Source: an uncultured Actinomycetota bacterium
GTDB taxonomy: Bacteria; Actinomycetota; Humimicrobiia; Humimicrobiales; Humimicrobiaceae
Direction: 5' to 3'
Assembly (NCBI GenBank): GCA_964556165.1
Contig: CAZKVH010000003.1
Location: 16,270 to 80,269, forward strand
Length of the DNA: 64,000 nucleotides
The notes under the pieces are model-generated. The model did no database searches and was not told where the DNA came from. It was given only the letters and a program-made list of their open reading frames with translations. The translations under genes and the position numbers were made by a program. This document shows, in pieces, positions 54,041 through 63,951 of this stretch (the first letter of the stretch is position 1; the number at the start of each line of letters is the position of its first letter).

Positions 54041-56113
54041 ATGAAAAGAAATAAAAATAGGCCGGAAGTTAAGAGTAAAAGAGAAAATAAAAATAAGCCG
54101 GAAGAAAATGTAATTAAAAAAACAAATAAGAACTGGTTTCGAAGATTACCATTATATATAAGAATATTAATAATCCTGGCTGCAGTGGTTTTTGTAGCAG
54201 GTATAGCGGCAGGAGGATTCTATTTTTATCTTAATTCGTTAAATAAAACAATAAATTCAATTACTACAGCTGAGATCGAGGATTTGCTTGCACCAATCGA
54301 ATCACCGGAAGAGCCAGTTACCATTATGGTGCTGGGAAGGGATACGAGAGATGCTGAGAATGACGCGGGCAGGGCCGATATTATTATGTTACTTCATTTA
54401 AGCCCTGAAAATGGAACCTGCAGCCTCCTCTCAATTCCGAGGGATTGTTGGGTTGAAATACCGGGCCATGGTGAAGATAAAATAAATGCTGCTTATGCTT
54501 ATGGCGGCGAAGAACTCATGATAAAAACAATTAATTCTTTCCTTGGAGCAGAAATAAATCATTATGTAACACTTGATTTTGATGGATTCGTAGAATTGAT
54601 TGATGCAGTAGGAGGGGTAGATATAACTATTGAAAGACCCATGGTGGACCCAAAAAGTGGTGCCAATTTTTCCGCTGGCAACCACCATCTTACTGGAGAG
54701 CAGGCGTTATCATATACCAGGAGCAGGTCAACTGAACTGGGAGATATAGGAAGAATTCAGAGACAGCAGGAGTTATTTAAAGAACTTATAAGTCAAAAAC
54801 TAAATGTAAAATATTTATCAAGTGTACCTTATTACTTTAACATTCTGGTGGATAATACCAGAACCGACCTTGATATTCTGACTATTCTCAAATATTCAAA
54901 AGCGGTTCTGTCTTTTGGTTACGAAAATTTTGAGACTTCAATTATACCTTCACGTTCCGACTGGAAAGAAGATGGAACAATAAGTGTTCAGATACCTGAT
55001 AAGGAAGAATCAAGAGCAATGTGGGAAAGGATAATAAATGGTGAGCCGGCCAGCAGATATAATGCAGAATATAGTGAGGTTGATGAGATAGGAAGTTCTA
55101 TGACGATGAATACTGAGTATAAATTCGAAATAAAAGTAAAAAATACCGGTGCTATCGAGTGGAACAGAAATGGCGATAAGCCAGTTTATCTAAGTTACCA
55201 CTGGATAGATTTTACCAGCAGGAAAACAGTTATTTTTGACGGGAAGAGAAGTATACTCCCGGAGGATGGTATAAATGTGGGCGATGAGGTAACTTTCCAG
55301 CTGGCCGTAAGGTCCCCTTCCAAACAAGGTGAATATATTTTGCAGATTGACCTAGTACAGGAAGGAGTGACCTGGTTTTCTTTCCAGGGAGTACCAGCTC
55401 TTGAAAAGTATATATCGGTTGATGTCTCCTATGGAGCCGAATACGATGATGGGGGAGGAACCCCGAATTACCTGGATTGTGACGAGGAATTTGAAGTAGA
55501 ACTTAAGGTAAAAAATGACGGGTTTTTAACCTGGGAATCTTCAGGGAAAGAAAGAGTGGCTCTTGGCACACACTGGATTAACCGGGATACAGGAGAAGTT
55601 TTTATATGGGATGGCGATAGGACACTTCTTCCTCTGGATATTTCTCATGGTGAGGAAGCAGAAGTTGATGTTAAGTTAAAAGCACCGAATAAGCCTGGAA
55701 GATATATACTTCAATATGATATGGTGCACGAGAGAGTTACCTGGTTTTCCGAAAAGGGTGTTATACCAATGGAAGTCAATGTGGATGTTGGTGAGATTGT
55801 TGACAGGGCCATTGCGTCTGATACGAATGTGAAGATATTCAATGGCAATGGAATGAAGGGCGCTGCAGGGGAAGTCAGGGATTACATTGAAAATTGTGGT
55901 TTCAGGATATATGGGCTTGCCAATGCAGAGAATTTTAATTTTGAAGATAGCCTGATTATATACAACGAAGGATGTAAGGAAAAAGCCGAAGAGCTATCGC
56001 TTGCTTTTGATAATTTGGAGATTTATGAATATAATAAAAAATGGAGTTTTTATAAAACCGGTGCCGACTTGATATTAATAGTCGGAAAAGATTACAGTGA
56101 TATAATGAAATAA
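54041..56113 (+). CDS. LCP (LytR-CpsA-Psr) family protein with two tandem NBR1/Ig-like domains and a LytR C-terminal domain
   Basis: TM helix, then RAD.IML, SIPRD, KINAAY, YTRSR and GDIGRIQRQQ. An internal duplicated domain follows, and the C-terminus carries IFNGNGMKGAA..ILIVGKD. Confidence 0.88.
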   Translation: MKRNKNRPEVKSKRENKNKPEENVIKKTNKNWFRRLPLYIRILIILAAVVFVAGIAAGGFYFYLNSLNKTINSITTAEIEDLLAPIESPEEPVTIMVLGRDTRDAENDAGRADIIMLLHLSPENGTCSLLSIPRDCWVEIPGHGEDKINAAYAYGGEELMIKTINSFLGAEINHYVTLDFDGFVELIDAVGGVDITIERPMVDPKSGANFSAGNHHLTGEQALSYTRSRSTELGDIGRIQRQQELFKELISQKLNVKYLSSVPYYFNILVDNTRTDLDILTILKYSKAVLSFGYENFETSIIPSRSDWKEDGTISVQIPDKEESRAMWERIINGEPASRYNAEYSEVDEIGSSMTMNTEYKFEIKVKNTGAIEWNRNGDKPVYLSYHWIDFTSRKTVIFDGKRSILPEDGINVGDEVTFQLAVRSPSKQGEYILQIDLVQEGVTWFSFQGVPALEKYISVDVSYGAEYDDGGGTPNYLDCDEEFEVELKVKNDGFLTWESSGKERVALGTHWINRDTGEVFIWDGDRTLLPLDISHGEEAEVDVKLKAPNKPGRYILQYDMVHERVTWFSEKGVIPMEVNVDVGEIVDRAIASDTNVKIFNGNGMKGAAGEVRDYIENCGFRIYGLANAENFNFEDSLIIYNEGCKEKAEELSLAFDNLEIYEYNKKWSFYKTGADLILIVGKDYSDIMK
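55121..55759 (+). repeat. Protein-level tandem duplication (two ~123-aa Ig-like units) inside the LCP gene
   Basis: KVKNTG..W..LSYHW..DG.R..LP..GEYILQIDLVQEGVTWFS aligns with KVKNDG..W..LGTHW..DGDR..LP..GRYILQYDMVHERVTWFS. Anchor motifs are 369-372 nt apart. Confidence 0.85.
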
Positions 56114-56158
56114 TTTTTTTGATTTTTTCGTTGTTTTACTTTTAGCATTAATATATAA

Positions 56159-58081
56159 ATGAAAAACAAATCTGTATTTAAAATAATAGGGCAAATTCTA
56201 TTCGATATCCTGATAATATTTTCGTCATTAATGATTTCCTTTTTTTTAAGAGGTCAGATAGGAATAATTGACACCTCGGATTTATTTTTCCAGTACGTTA
56301 ATTCTATAATCTGGTATGTTGTTATAGTAATAGTTGTTAGAATAGTAATGCTCTGGCTTTTTGGGACTTACAGAAGAGTCTGGAAGTACGCTTCTTTAAA
56401 GGATATAGTTGCTATTGTTGAAGCTATTACTCTGAGTTCGGTGGTTCTTGCAGTTATTTTTTATGTTTTTAGCTTCCCAATATCGATCTTCGGACGCGAC
56501 ATAAGCTTTCCCCTTCGTTTCTTTCCCAGAAGTATATTTGTTATTGATTATATTCTGACTCTTCTACTTATGACGATTTCAAAGTTTTCGGAGAGATTCT
56601 TTAATGAGCTTAAATTTGGAAGCATAAATACCAGAAAGAAAAGAGTATTGATTGTTGGAGCAGGTGACGCCGGAGAAATGATTGTACGGGAGATGATAAG
56701 ACAGAAAAACAGCGAGTATAAACCTGCGGGTTTTCTGGATGATGATTACTCAAAGATAAAAAGCAAGATACACGGTGTAAGTGTTCTCGGTCCGATATCA
56801 AAGATGGAGGAAATTGTTAAGGATTCTTCAATCGACGAAGTGATAATAGCCATGCCATCTGCTTCGGGCAGCACAAGGAAAGAGGTGGCAGTAAGGGCAA
56901 AAGAGCTCGGAGTTAACTGTAAAACATTACCGAGCCTGTATGAAATAATTGACGGCAAAGTTTATCTCTATCAGGTAAGAGACATCGAAATCGAGGATAT
57001 TCTTGGAAGGGAAGCTATAAATATAAAAATACCGGAAGTTGTATCGGAAATAAAAGATAAAGCTATTCTGGTTACCGGAGCCGGGGGTTCTATTGGCTCT
57101 GAGATATGCAGGCAGGTTATAAGGTTTAAGCCTGATAAAATAATACTTGTAGACCATTCGGAAAATAACCTGTTTTTGATACTTGAGGAGCTTGACAATA
57201 AATTCGCTTTCATATCAACAGTTCCTGTGGTTGTTGATATAAGGGATAAACAGGCAATGAAAAGTATTTTTAACAAATATAAGCCCGATATAGTATTTCA
57301 CGCCGCAGCTTATAAACATGTGCCCCTGATGCAGCTTAATCCAAAAGCTGCTATTGTGAATAATTTCCTTGGAACTAAGATACTCGCTAAAATTTCTATT
57401 GATTCCGGAGTGAAAAGATTTGTAATGCTTTCAACTGATAAAGCAGTTAAACCAAAAAATGTAATGGGTATATCCAAATTACTTTCAGAAAAATACCTGC
57501 AGTCTTTAGCAAATATTAAGAGTACAAGGTTTATGATTGTAAGGTTTGGGAACGTTCTTGGAAGTATGGGAAGTGTAGTCCCGCTTTTTAAGCAGCAAAT
57601 ACAGGCGGGCGGACCGGTTAGAGTTACACATCCAAATATGAAAAGGTATTTTATGACAATACCCGAAGCTTCCCAGCTTGTTATACAGGCGTGCATAATT
57701 GGAAAAGGGGGAGAAATATTTGTACTGGATATGGGGGAACAGATTAATATACTTGACCTTGCAAAGAATATGATAAGAATTTACGGGATGGAGCCGGGTA
57801 AAGACATAGAAATAAAATATACCGGTCCCAGGGACGGGGAGAAAATTGATGAGGAACTTGTAAGTGAAGATGAGAACCTTGTTCCTACGGAATACAGGCA
57901 TATATATGAGGCAAGGAATAACAACAGTGTAAATAAGCCGGATAAAGACGAGATATTCAGTATATTATTTAATATAGAAAAAGAGATCCAGATGGATGAT
58001 TACAGGAATCTTTTTAAGGATTTAAGAAAGATAGTCCCGGGTTTTGAAGGTAAAAAAATGTGGCCAAGATTATATGAATGA
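56159..58081 (+). CDS. Membrane-bound nucleotide-sugar 4,6-dehydratase (CapD/PglF/WbpM family)
   Basis: N-terminal TM helices, IVGAGDAG, VTGAGGSIGSE, HAAAYKHVP, STDKAV, VRFGNVLGS, RYFMTIPEA and RDGEK motifs. Confidence 0.94.
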   Translation: MKNKSVFKIIGQILFDILIIFSSLMISFFLRGQIGIIDTSDLFFQYVNSIIWYVVIVIVVRIVMLWLFGTYRRVWKYASLKDIVAIVEAITLSSVVLAVIFYVFSFPISIFGRDISFPLRFFPRSIFVIDYILTLLLMTISKFSERFFNELKFGSINTRKKRVLIVGAGDAGEMIVREMIRQKNSEYKPAGFLDDDYSKIKSKIHGVSVLGPISKMEEIVKDSSIDEVIIAMPSASGSTRKEVAVRAKELGVNCKTLPSLYEIIDGKVYLYQVRDIEIEDILGREAINIKIPEVVSEIKDKAILVTGAGGSIGSEICRQVIRFKPDKIILVDHSENNLFLILEELDNKFAFISTVPVVVDIRDKQAMKSIFNKYKPDIVFHAAAYKHVPLMQLNPKAAIVNNFLGTKILAKISIDSGVKRFVMLSTDKAVKPKNVMGISKLLSEKYLQSLANIKSTRFMIVRFGNVLGSMGSVVPLFKQQIQAGGPVRVTHPNMKRYFMTIPEASQLVIQACIIGKGGEIFVLDMGEQINILDLAKNMIRIYGMEPGKDIEIKYTGPRDGEKIDEELVSEDENLVPTEYRHIYEARNNNSVNKPDKDEIFSILFNIEKEIQMDDYRNLFKDLRKIVPGFEGKKMWPRLYE

Positions 58082-58103
58082 CGATTGCCGTATTTAAGCA
58101 TTT

Positions 58104-58679
58104 ATGTTTTACAGAATTTTTAAAAGGGTTTTAGATATAATACTTTCAATTATTTTAATTATACTTTTTATTCCCTTCTGGATTGTTATCCCTTTAATGA
58201 TTAAGATTGATTCACCAGGAAATGTAATATTCAAGCAAAAAAGGGTGGGTATAAACAGTGATTATTTTACCATTTTTAAATTTAGAACTATGAAAACAGG
58301 CACTCCTGATATTCCTACAGACGAACTCGGGAACCAGAAGAATCTTTATACCAGAGCAGGCAAATTCTTGAGGAGGTTTAGCATTGATGAATTCCCGCAG
58401 CTTATAAATATATTAAAAGGCGATATGAGTTTCGTGGGACCCAGACCCGCGTTATATAACCAGGAACTGCTGATAAGAATGAGGAAAGAAAAAGGTGTGG
58501 ATAAAGTGAAACCCGGAGTAACCGGGCTCGCGCAGATAAACGGCAGGGACGACCTGTCAATTCCTGATAAAGTTATGTATGACAGTTCTTATGTAGAGGA
58601 TGCTTCCTTGTGGCTGGATTTAAAGGTATTCATGTCCACCATAAAAGCTGCAATTACGGGCAGGGGGATAAATTTTTAA
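58104..58679 (+). CDS. Monotopic phosphoglycosyl transferase (PglC/Bac_transf family)
   Basis: KRVLDI, FKQKRVG, KFRTM, SIDEFPQL (DE dyad), MSFVGPRP and PGVTGLAQINGRD motifs. Confidence 0.93.
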   Translation: MFYRIFKRVLDIILSIILIILFIPFWIVIPLMIKIDSPGNVIFKQKRVGINSDYFTIFKFRTMKTGTPDIPTDELGNQKNLYTRAGKFLRRFSIDEFPQLINILKGDMSFVGPRPALYNQELLIRMRKEKGVDKVKPGVTGLAQINGRDDLSIPDKVMYDSSYVEDASLWLDLKVFMSTIKAAITGRGINF

Positions 58680-58703
58680 CATTATCTCTGGATGATTCTA
58701 AAA

Positions 58704-59588
58704 TCAGCTATCCAGCGCCCTTATAAGTTTTTCTATGCCTTCCTCAAAACCAAGTGGTGAAAAGCCAAAATCAACAGCGGCATCATCGTAAGAGTATGAT
58801 TTATCTATTCTCATCCTTTCTATCTGGTCGGATGTAAGTCCTGAAGACCTAGAAAACAAGTTGTAGATTGAGACTAAAAATTTCCCGGGTCCTATGGGTA
58901 TTTTTAATACTTTAAATTGTCTGTTAAGTTTTTCTTTTACAATTTCAATCATCTTATTGTATGTAATGGGGTTTTTCCCTGCCAGGTCATATGTTTTTTT
59001 AAAAGTTTTTTCGTTAGCAATGACTGAAGCCACAGCATCTGCAACATCTTCAATATATACAGGCTGGATTAAATTTTTTCCGTTTCCAAAAGTCACAAAA
59101 TATCCTCTTTTTTTTATAAAATAAATCATCCTTGAAAAATTGCTATCATCACAGGAGCCGTAAATCATAGAAGGTCTTAATATTGTATAATCGAGCCTCG
59201 ACTTTTCTATAACATTTTCGGATGCTATTTTATTATCCTTTAATTTACTATCAAGTGGAATTAAAACTGTTGTGGAACTTATAAAAACAACCCTTTTTAA
59301 TCCAGCGCGATTGGCTGCATGTATGAAATTTTCAAGCAGGTCCGTATTCTCAAGGTCCACCATGTAAACTGCACCTTCAGCATTCTTTAACGGTAATATT
59401 ATTGAATCTGTGCTATTTAAATTTGCATGGCTGAATATAACTTTTTTATCTGCTTTTACGGCTTTTTCTTCAAGTTTCGACGTATTACTGGATGTTCTGA
59501 CAAGACAGTTAACTTCATAGCCCCTTTTTAAGAGCTTTTCCAGCACCGAAGGCCCCAGAAAGCCTGTGGCTCCAATAAGTGAAATCAT
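58704..59588 (-). CDS. NAD-dependent epimerase/dehydratase family (atypical SDR)
   Basis: IGATGFLG, VFISS, LRPSMIYG and QPVYIEDVA motifs. Confidence 0.85.
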   Translation of the reverse strand: MISLIGATGFLGPSVLEKLLKRGYEVNCLVRTSSNTSKLEEKAVKADKKVIFSHANLNSTDSIILPLKNAEGAVYMVDLENTDLLENFIHAANRAGLKRVVFISSTTVLIPLDSKLKDNKIASENVIEKSRLDYTILRPSMIYGSCDDSNFSRMIYFIKKRGYFVTFGNGKNLIQPVYIEDVADAVASVIANEKTFKKTYDLAGKNPITYNKMIEIVKEKLNRQFKVLKIPIGPGKFLVSIYNLFSRSSGLTSDQIERMRIDKSYSYDDAAVDFGFSPLGFEEGIEKLIRALDS

Positions 59589-59793
59589 TTTTTGCCCCTT
59601 CTATTAAAAAATACTAAAAATTTAAATTTGATTTTAGTAAAAAGCAATACAAAGATTAAACCTAATTATATCTCTTATTCCGGACAAAAACTATCCAATC
59701 TATTAATAGTCCGGGTATTAAATTATGTCATTTTTATGATATTATCTTATAAATTTGAATTAATTTTGCAATGTACAGAAAGAGAAAAAGTAA

Positions 59794-60915
59794 ATGTTAA
59801 TATTTTATGTTTTTATTGGAATTTTACTGGTGCTTTTGCTTCTTTATTCGTTTATATATGAGCCTGTAAATTTTAGGCTATCGGAAGTGAATATATTGAT
59901 AAAAGAGGGAGATGAAGAAAATAATACAGTAACTTATGACAGGTCTTCAGCACATGTCTATTCATCAGGCTTTTTAAGATTCTTCCTGAACAAAAAATAT
60001 TTACAGCAGAGGGACCATAACATAAAGATAAATGCAGGAAAATTGGACAAGCAGGTTCTTAGTATACTGCATATATCTGATTTTCATTTAAGGAAGAATT
60101 TTAAAGGTAGAAAGTTATTTAGTTTTGTGCAGAGCCTGAGCACTCTTGAACCGGATTTTATCTTTATAACAGGAGATCTGCTGGGTGGAGCTTATGTGGA
60201 TTACCTTATAGATATGCTTTCTCCACTGAAAGCGAAAAAAGGGAAGTATGTCATTTTTGGTGTTCATGACCATTACGACAAAGCATTTGTGGAATTTTTA
60301 AAAAATATGTTTAAGAGAAAGAGAAGGTACAGGAAAGAAAATGATATTCAGAATTTAATCAGGAGATTGGAAGATATTGGTATTGAAGTATTGATGAATG
60401 AAAAGAGGGTAAGTGCTATAAATTCTAAAGGCGTAAAAGATGTCGAGATAATCGGGCTTGACGACCCTGTTATAGAAAAAATTGATATAGGCAAAGCTTT
60501 TTCTACCTCCTCTTCAGATGACAAAAGACTTAGTCCGGGTAAGAAAGTTGGCGATAAAAGAATTTATAAGGATGTTTTTAGCTTAAATGAAGATAGAATA
60601 CATATTATGCGTGAAAAAAGTAAGTTAAGTCTGGTGATGTTACACACACCTGACGCTAATTCAATTATAAAGCTTTCTAAAATGAAAGCTGATATCATTT
60701 TTTGCGGCCATACTCATGGCGGCCAGGTAAGACTGCCCTTTATTGGAGCAATAATATCGGGATGTAAGATAAAGACGAAATTTGCATCGGGCTTATTTTA
60801 TTTTAAAAATATAGTTCTCTTCACAACCAGAGGTCTTGGAGAGGGCAAATATACCCCTTTTAGATTTTATTGCCAGCCGGAAGCAAATCTGGTTAGGATA
60901 TATAAAATCAATTAG
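59794..60915 (+). CDS. Membrane-anchored metallophosphoesterase (YkuE-like)
   Basis: HISDFH, TGD, GVHD, HTPD and GHTHGGQ motifs; N-terminal TM helix. Confidence 0.85.
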   Translation: MLIFYVFIGILLVLLLLYSFIYEPVNFRLSEVNILIKEGDEENNTVTYDRSSAHVYSSGFLRFFLNKKYLQQRDHNIKINAGKLDKQVLSILHISDFHLRKNFKGRKLFSFVQSLSTLEPDFIFITGDLLGGAYVDYLIDMLSPLKAKKGKYVIFGVHDHYDKAFVEFLKNMFKRKRRYRKENDIQNLIRRLEDIGIEVLMNEKRVSAINSKGVKDVEIIGLDDPVIEKIDIGKAFSTSSSDDKRLSPGKKVGDKRIYKDVFSLNEDRIHIMREKSKLSLVMLHTPDANSIIKLSKMKADIIFCGHTHGGQVRLPFIGAIISGCKIKTKFASGLFYFKNIVLFTTRGLGEGKYTPFRFYCQPEANLVRIYKIN

Positions 60916-61001
60916 AATATACTGAGAGACATTATAAATAAATAAGACAGTTTAAGGTGTTATTTATTAAATTGTAAGATATTAATACAGGTAACAATGA
61001 A

Positions 61002-61856
61002 ATGAATAAAAGAGACAAAAGCTCCAGTTCAGTTATAAAATTTACATTTTTTCTGGTCCTTGCATTTCTGGTGGGCTTTTTAATATTTTATAGCATTGAT
61101 AACCCCGGTTTTTTAAAAAACAAAATGGAATCAATTTTTGGCGGAAACGGAGAAAACGAAGAGGCAAGCCCTGTTCTGGATACAGCCAAAGAAGTTCAAA
61201 TTAATAATGATTCAGGAGAATCGGAGAGCATCGGCGGATTGGCTGAAATAGAGACTGCAGATAATTCAGCCGAGAGTGGTGTAGAAGATATGAATGTTAT
61301 TGATTCAGGGGATGATAAAGAAGAAGAGGCCAAAGATTCAGAAAGTGGGACTTCTTTATGGCAGAAAATAAAAGATTTTTTCGCCGGTATTACAGGCAGA
61401 AGCAGTGAGACGGAAGAAGGTGACGACTACCCGTCAACGATGAAAATAAATGTGTATTTTTCCGGTATAGGGGAAGAAGATAAATTCGTTTCAGAAGAGA
61501 GAACCATAAATGCAGGCAGCCCTGAGGTTGCTGTAAGAAACGCTGTTCAGGAGCTTCTAAAAGGCCCTTCCAGGCCGTATCATTTCCCGGTAATACCGGC
61601 CGGGACAAGGCTTCTTGGAGTTGAGGCCGGAGACGACATAGCCATAATTAACTTTTCCCAGGAATTTCTTGAAGAAAGCCTGGATTCAAGAATACTGGAC
61701 AAATTTATTATTTATTCCATAGTAAATACACTCACAGAAATCAAAGGCATAGAAGGAGTTGTATTTCATATAGAGGGAGTAAGAATTAAAGTTTATGGAA
61801 ATGTAGATTTATCCATTCCTGCTATCAGGAATAAAGAGTTGATAGACGAAGAATAA
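61002..61856 (+). CDS. GerMN domain protein, membrane anchored
   Basis: TM helix and acidic linker, then VYF..E.R..AVQELLKGP..IPAGTRLL..INFSQEF..IVNTLTE. Confidence 0.85.
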   Translation: MNKRDKSSSSVIKFTFFLVLAFLVGFLIFYSIDNPGFLKNKMESIFGGNGENEEASPVLDTAKEVQINNDSGESESIGGLAEIETADNSAESGVEDMNVIDSGDDKEEEAKDSESGTSLWQKIKDFFAGITGRSSETEEGDDYPSTMKINVYFSGIGEEDKFVSEERTINAGSPEVAVRNAVQELLKGPSRPYHFPVIPAGTRLLGVEAGDDIAIINFSQEFLEESLDSRILDKFIIYSIVNTLTEIKGIEGVVFHIEGVRIKVYGNVDLSIPAIRNKELIDEE

Positions 61857-61884
61857 AACAGAGTCTAAATCGGAGGTGAGTTTA

Positions 61885-63951
61885 TTGTACAGGATTGGGG
61901 TGGATGTCGGAGGAACATTTACGGATTTTGTTGTATATAGTGAAAATGAAAAGAAAATCAGGGTATTTAAAGTTCATTCTGACAGGGGAACTCTGTGGCT
62001 TCCAATAATTAAATGGATTAGTAAAGAAGTAAAAAATAAAGCTGATATAGATGATATACGTCACGGCACAACTATTGGAGTTAATGCCATAATTGAGAGT
62101 AAGGGAAGTAGTACTGCTCTTCTTACTACCAGAGGTTTTAGAGATTTACTGGAAATTGGGAGACAGAGACGCCCTCATCTTTATAATCTGCATGTAAAAA
62201 AACCCTATCCTTTAGTATCCCGGTATTTAAGAATACCCATAACTGAGAGAATAGATGGTATGGGGAGAGTGGTATCCCCACTTAATAAAAAAGAAGTTCT
62301 GGAAAGTATAGATAAGTTAAAGAAGGAAAAGGTAGAAGCAGTGGCGGTTTTATTTTTAAATTCTTATGCTAATGGAAAAAATGAAGAGGAAACTGGTAAA
62401 ATACTAAAAAAAAATTTACCCGGAGTCTATATTTCTCTATCTTCAGAGATAATTCCCGAATTTAGAGAGTATGAAAGGTTGTCCACAACCGTTATTAATG
62501 CCTGCATAGGACCACTTTTTAAAAAATACCTGGATAATTTTTTATCTGAATTAAAAAAACTGAAAGTCAGAGCACCCTTATTTATATGCCAGTCCGATGG
62601 AGGGTTAATATCACCGGAGGGTGTTACAAGACTTCCGGTAAGGACATTATTTTCCAGTCCTGCAGCCGGAGTGGTTGGAGCATCGTTTTTATATGGCAGT
62701 GGTAATAAAAAGATGTATGATAAAACTGATGAAAAAAGTCTTATAACCCTGGATATGGGAGGAACCAGTACCGATGTGGCAATTATTTCGGGGTCAAATC
62801 CGGTAAAGACTACAGATAAGGAGATTATGGGTTATCCGGTTAAATTTCCTGCAATAGATGTTTCTACCATTGGGGCAGGTGGAGGGAGTATAGCTTCGGT
62901 TGACGAAGGCGGGTTTTTAAGGGTGGGCCCCGAGAGCGCCGGTGCAGAGCCCGGTCCTGCCTGTTATGATAGAGGAGGAGATAATCCTACGGTTACTGAT
63001 GCCAATCTGGTTCTTGGTACCCTTGGTGAAAGAACCATGCTCGGTGGCAAAATGAAGCTAAATCCGGATAGGGCAAAACAAGCTATAAGGAACCTGATTT
63101 CCGGACCACTAAATATCTCTTTAATAGAGGGAGCGTGGTCCATAGTCCGTCTTGTAGCCTCGGATATATCAGAAGCAATAAGAAAAATAACCATATCAAA
63201 GGGCTTACATCCCTCAGATTTAGAGCTGATTGCTTACGGAGGAGCGGGACCAATGCATGCTGCTATGGTTGCAAGGGAGCTGGGTATAGACAGAATAACA
63301 ATTCCTGAGATACCAGGAGCTTTTTCTGCTGAGAGTCTTCTTTATAGCAATGCCACCATAGATTTTGTAAGAACCATAAAAGGGATAAAAAAGGAAATAA
63401 TATCCGGTATTATTTCAGATTTTAAAAGCAGGGCAGAGAAATGGTTTAAAGCTGAAAATATCACTTCCAGCAGACAGCGACTGGAATGGTTCCTTGATTT
63501 AAGGTATAAAGGACAGAATTATGAGTTGAATATCCCGGTATCTTCTGAAGATATAAAATGCCTTCAGAATTACAGGATAGATAAGATAAAAGAGACTTTT
63601 TATAAAAAGCATTATAGTGTTTACGGGTATAAGCTTGAAGACAGAGATGTAGAGATAATTAATTTAAGACTGAGCTGTACCGGTATTTTATCTCTGCAGG
63701 CAAGACACAGGATTTACAGAGAAATTAAGGGCAGTAAACCCCCGGGTAAAATAGCCAGGAAATTTAGAGATGTTTATTTTACCGGGGATGATAAACCTTT
63801 AAAAACTCCGGTATTTGAGAGAAGAAACCTTCCCGGAGAGTTTGTGATTAAAGGTCCTGCCATAATAGAACAATTTGATTCAACTATAGTTATCCCACAA
63901 CAGAGTGAAGGCAGGGTTATGGATAATGGAAGTATTATTTTAAGAGTATAG
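61885..63951 (+). CDS. Hydantoinase A/5-oxoprolinase (ATP-dependent amidohydrolase) subunit
   Basis: VDVGGTFTD, HGTT..VNA, EFREYER, DMGGTSTD, IGAGGGS, SAGAEPGPACY and YGGAGPMHA motifs. Start placed at TTG 61885 behind GGAGGTG. Confidence 0.93.
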   Translation: MYRIGVDVGGTFTDFVVYSENEKKIRVFKVHSDRGTLWLPIIKWISKEVKNKADIDDIRHGTTIGVNAIIESKGSSTALLTTRGFRDLLEIGRQRRPHLYNLHVKKPYPLVSRYLRIPITERIDGMGRVVSPLNKKEVLESIDKLKKEKVEAVAVLFLNSYANGKNEEETGKILKKNLPGVYISLSSEIIPEFREYERLSTTVINACIGPLFKKYLDNFLSELKKLKVRAPLFICQSDGGLISPEGVTRLPVRTLFSSPAAGVVGASFLYGSGNKKMYDKTDEKSLITLDMGGTSTDVAIISGSNPVKTTDKEIMGYPVKFPAIDVSTIGAGGGSIASVDEGGFLRVGPESAGAEPGPACYDRGGDNPTVTDANLVLGTLGERTMLGGKMKLNPDRAKQAIRNLISGPLNISLIEGAWSIVRLVASDISEAIRKITISKGLHPSDLELIAYGGAGPMHAAMVARELGIDRITIPEIPGAFSAESLLYSNATIDFVRTIKGIKKEIISGIISDFKSRAEKWFKAENITSSRQRLEWFLDLRYKGQNYELNIPVSSEDIKCLQNYRIDKIKETFYKKHYSVYGYKLEDRDVEIINLRLSCTGILSLQARHRIYREIKGSKPPGKIARKFRDVYFTGDDKPLKTPVFERRNLPGEFVIKGPAIIEQFDSTIVIPQQSEGRVMDNGSIILRV

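Noticed and set aside
760-63194. Dozens of 60-190 aa ORFs antisense to or nested in the main genes (e.g. 760-984, 1516-1992, 9818-10315, 19146-19601, 20224-21015, 49393-49959)
   Set aside because: They are shadows of well-supported genes on the other strand or frame: Ile/Ser/Phe-rich, no motifs and no RBS.
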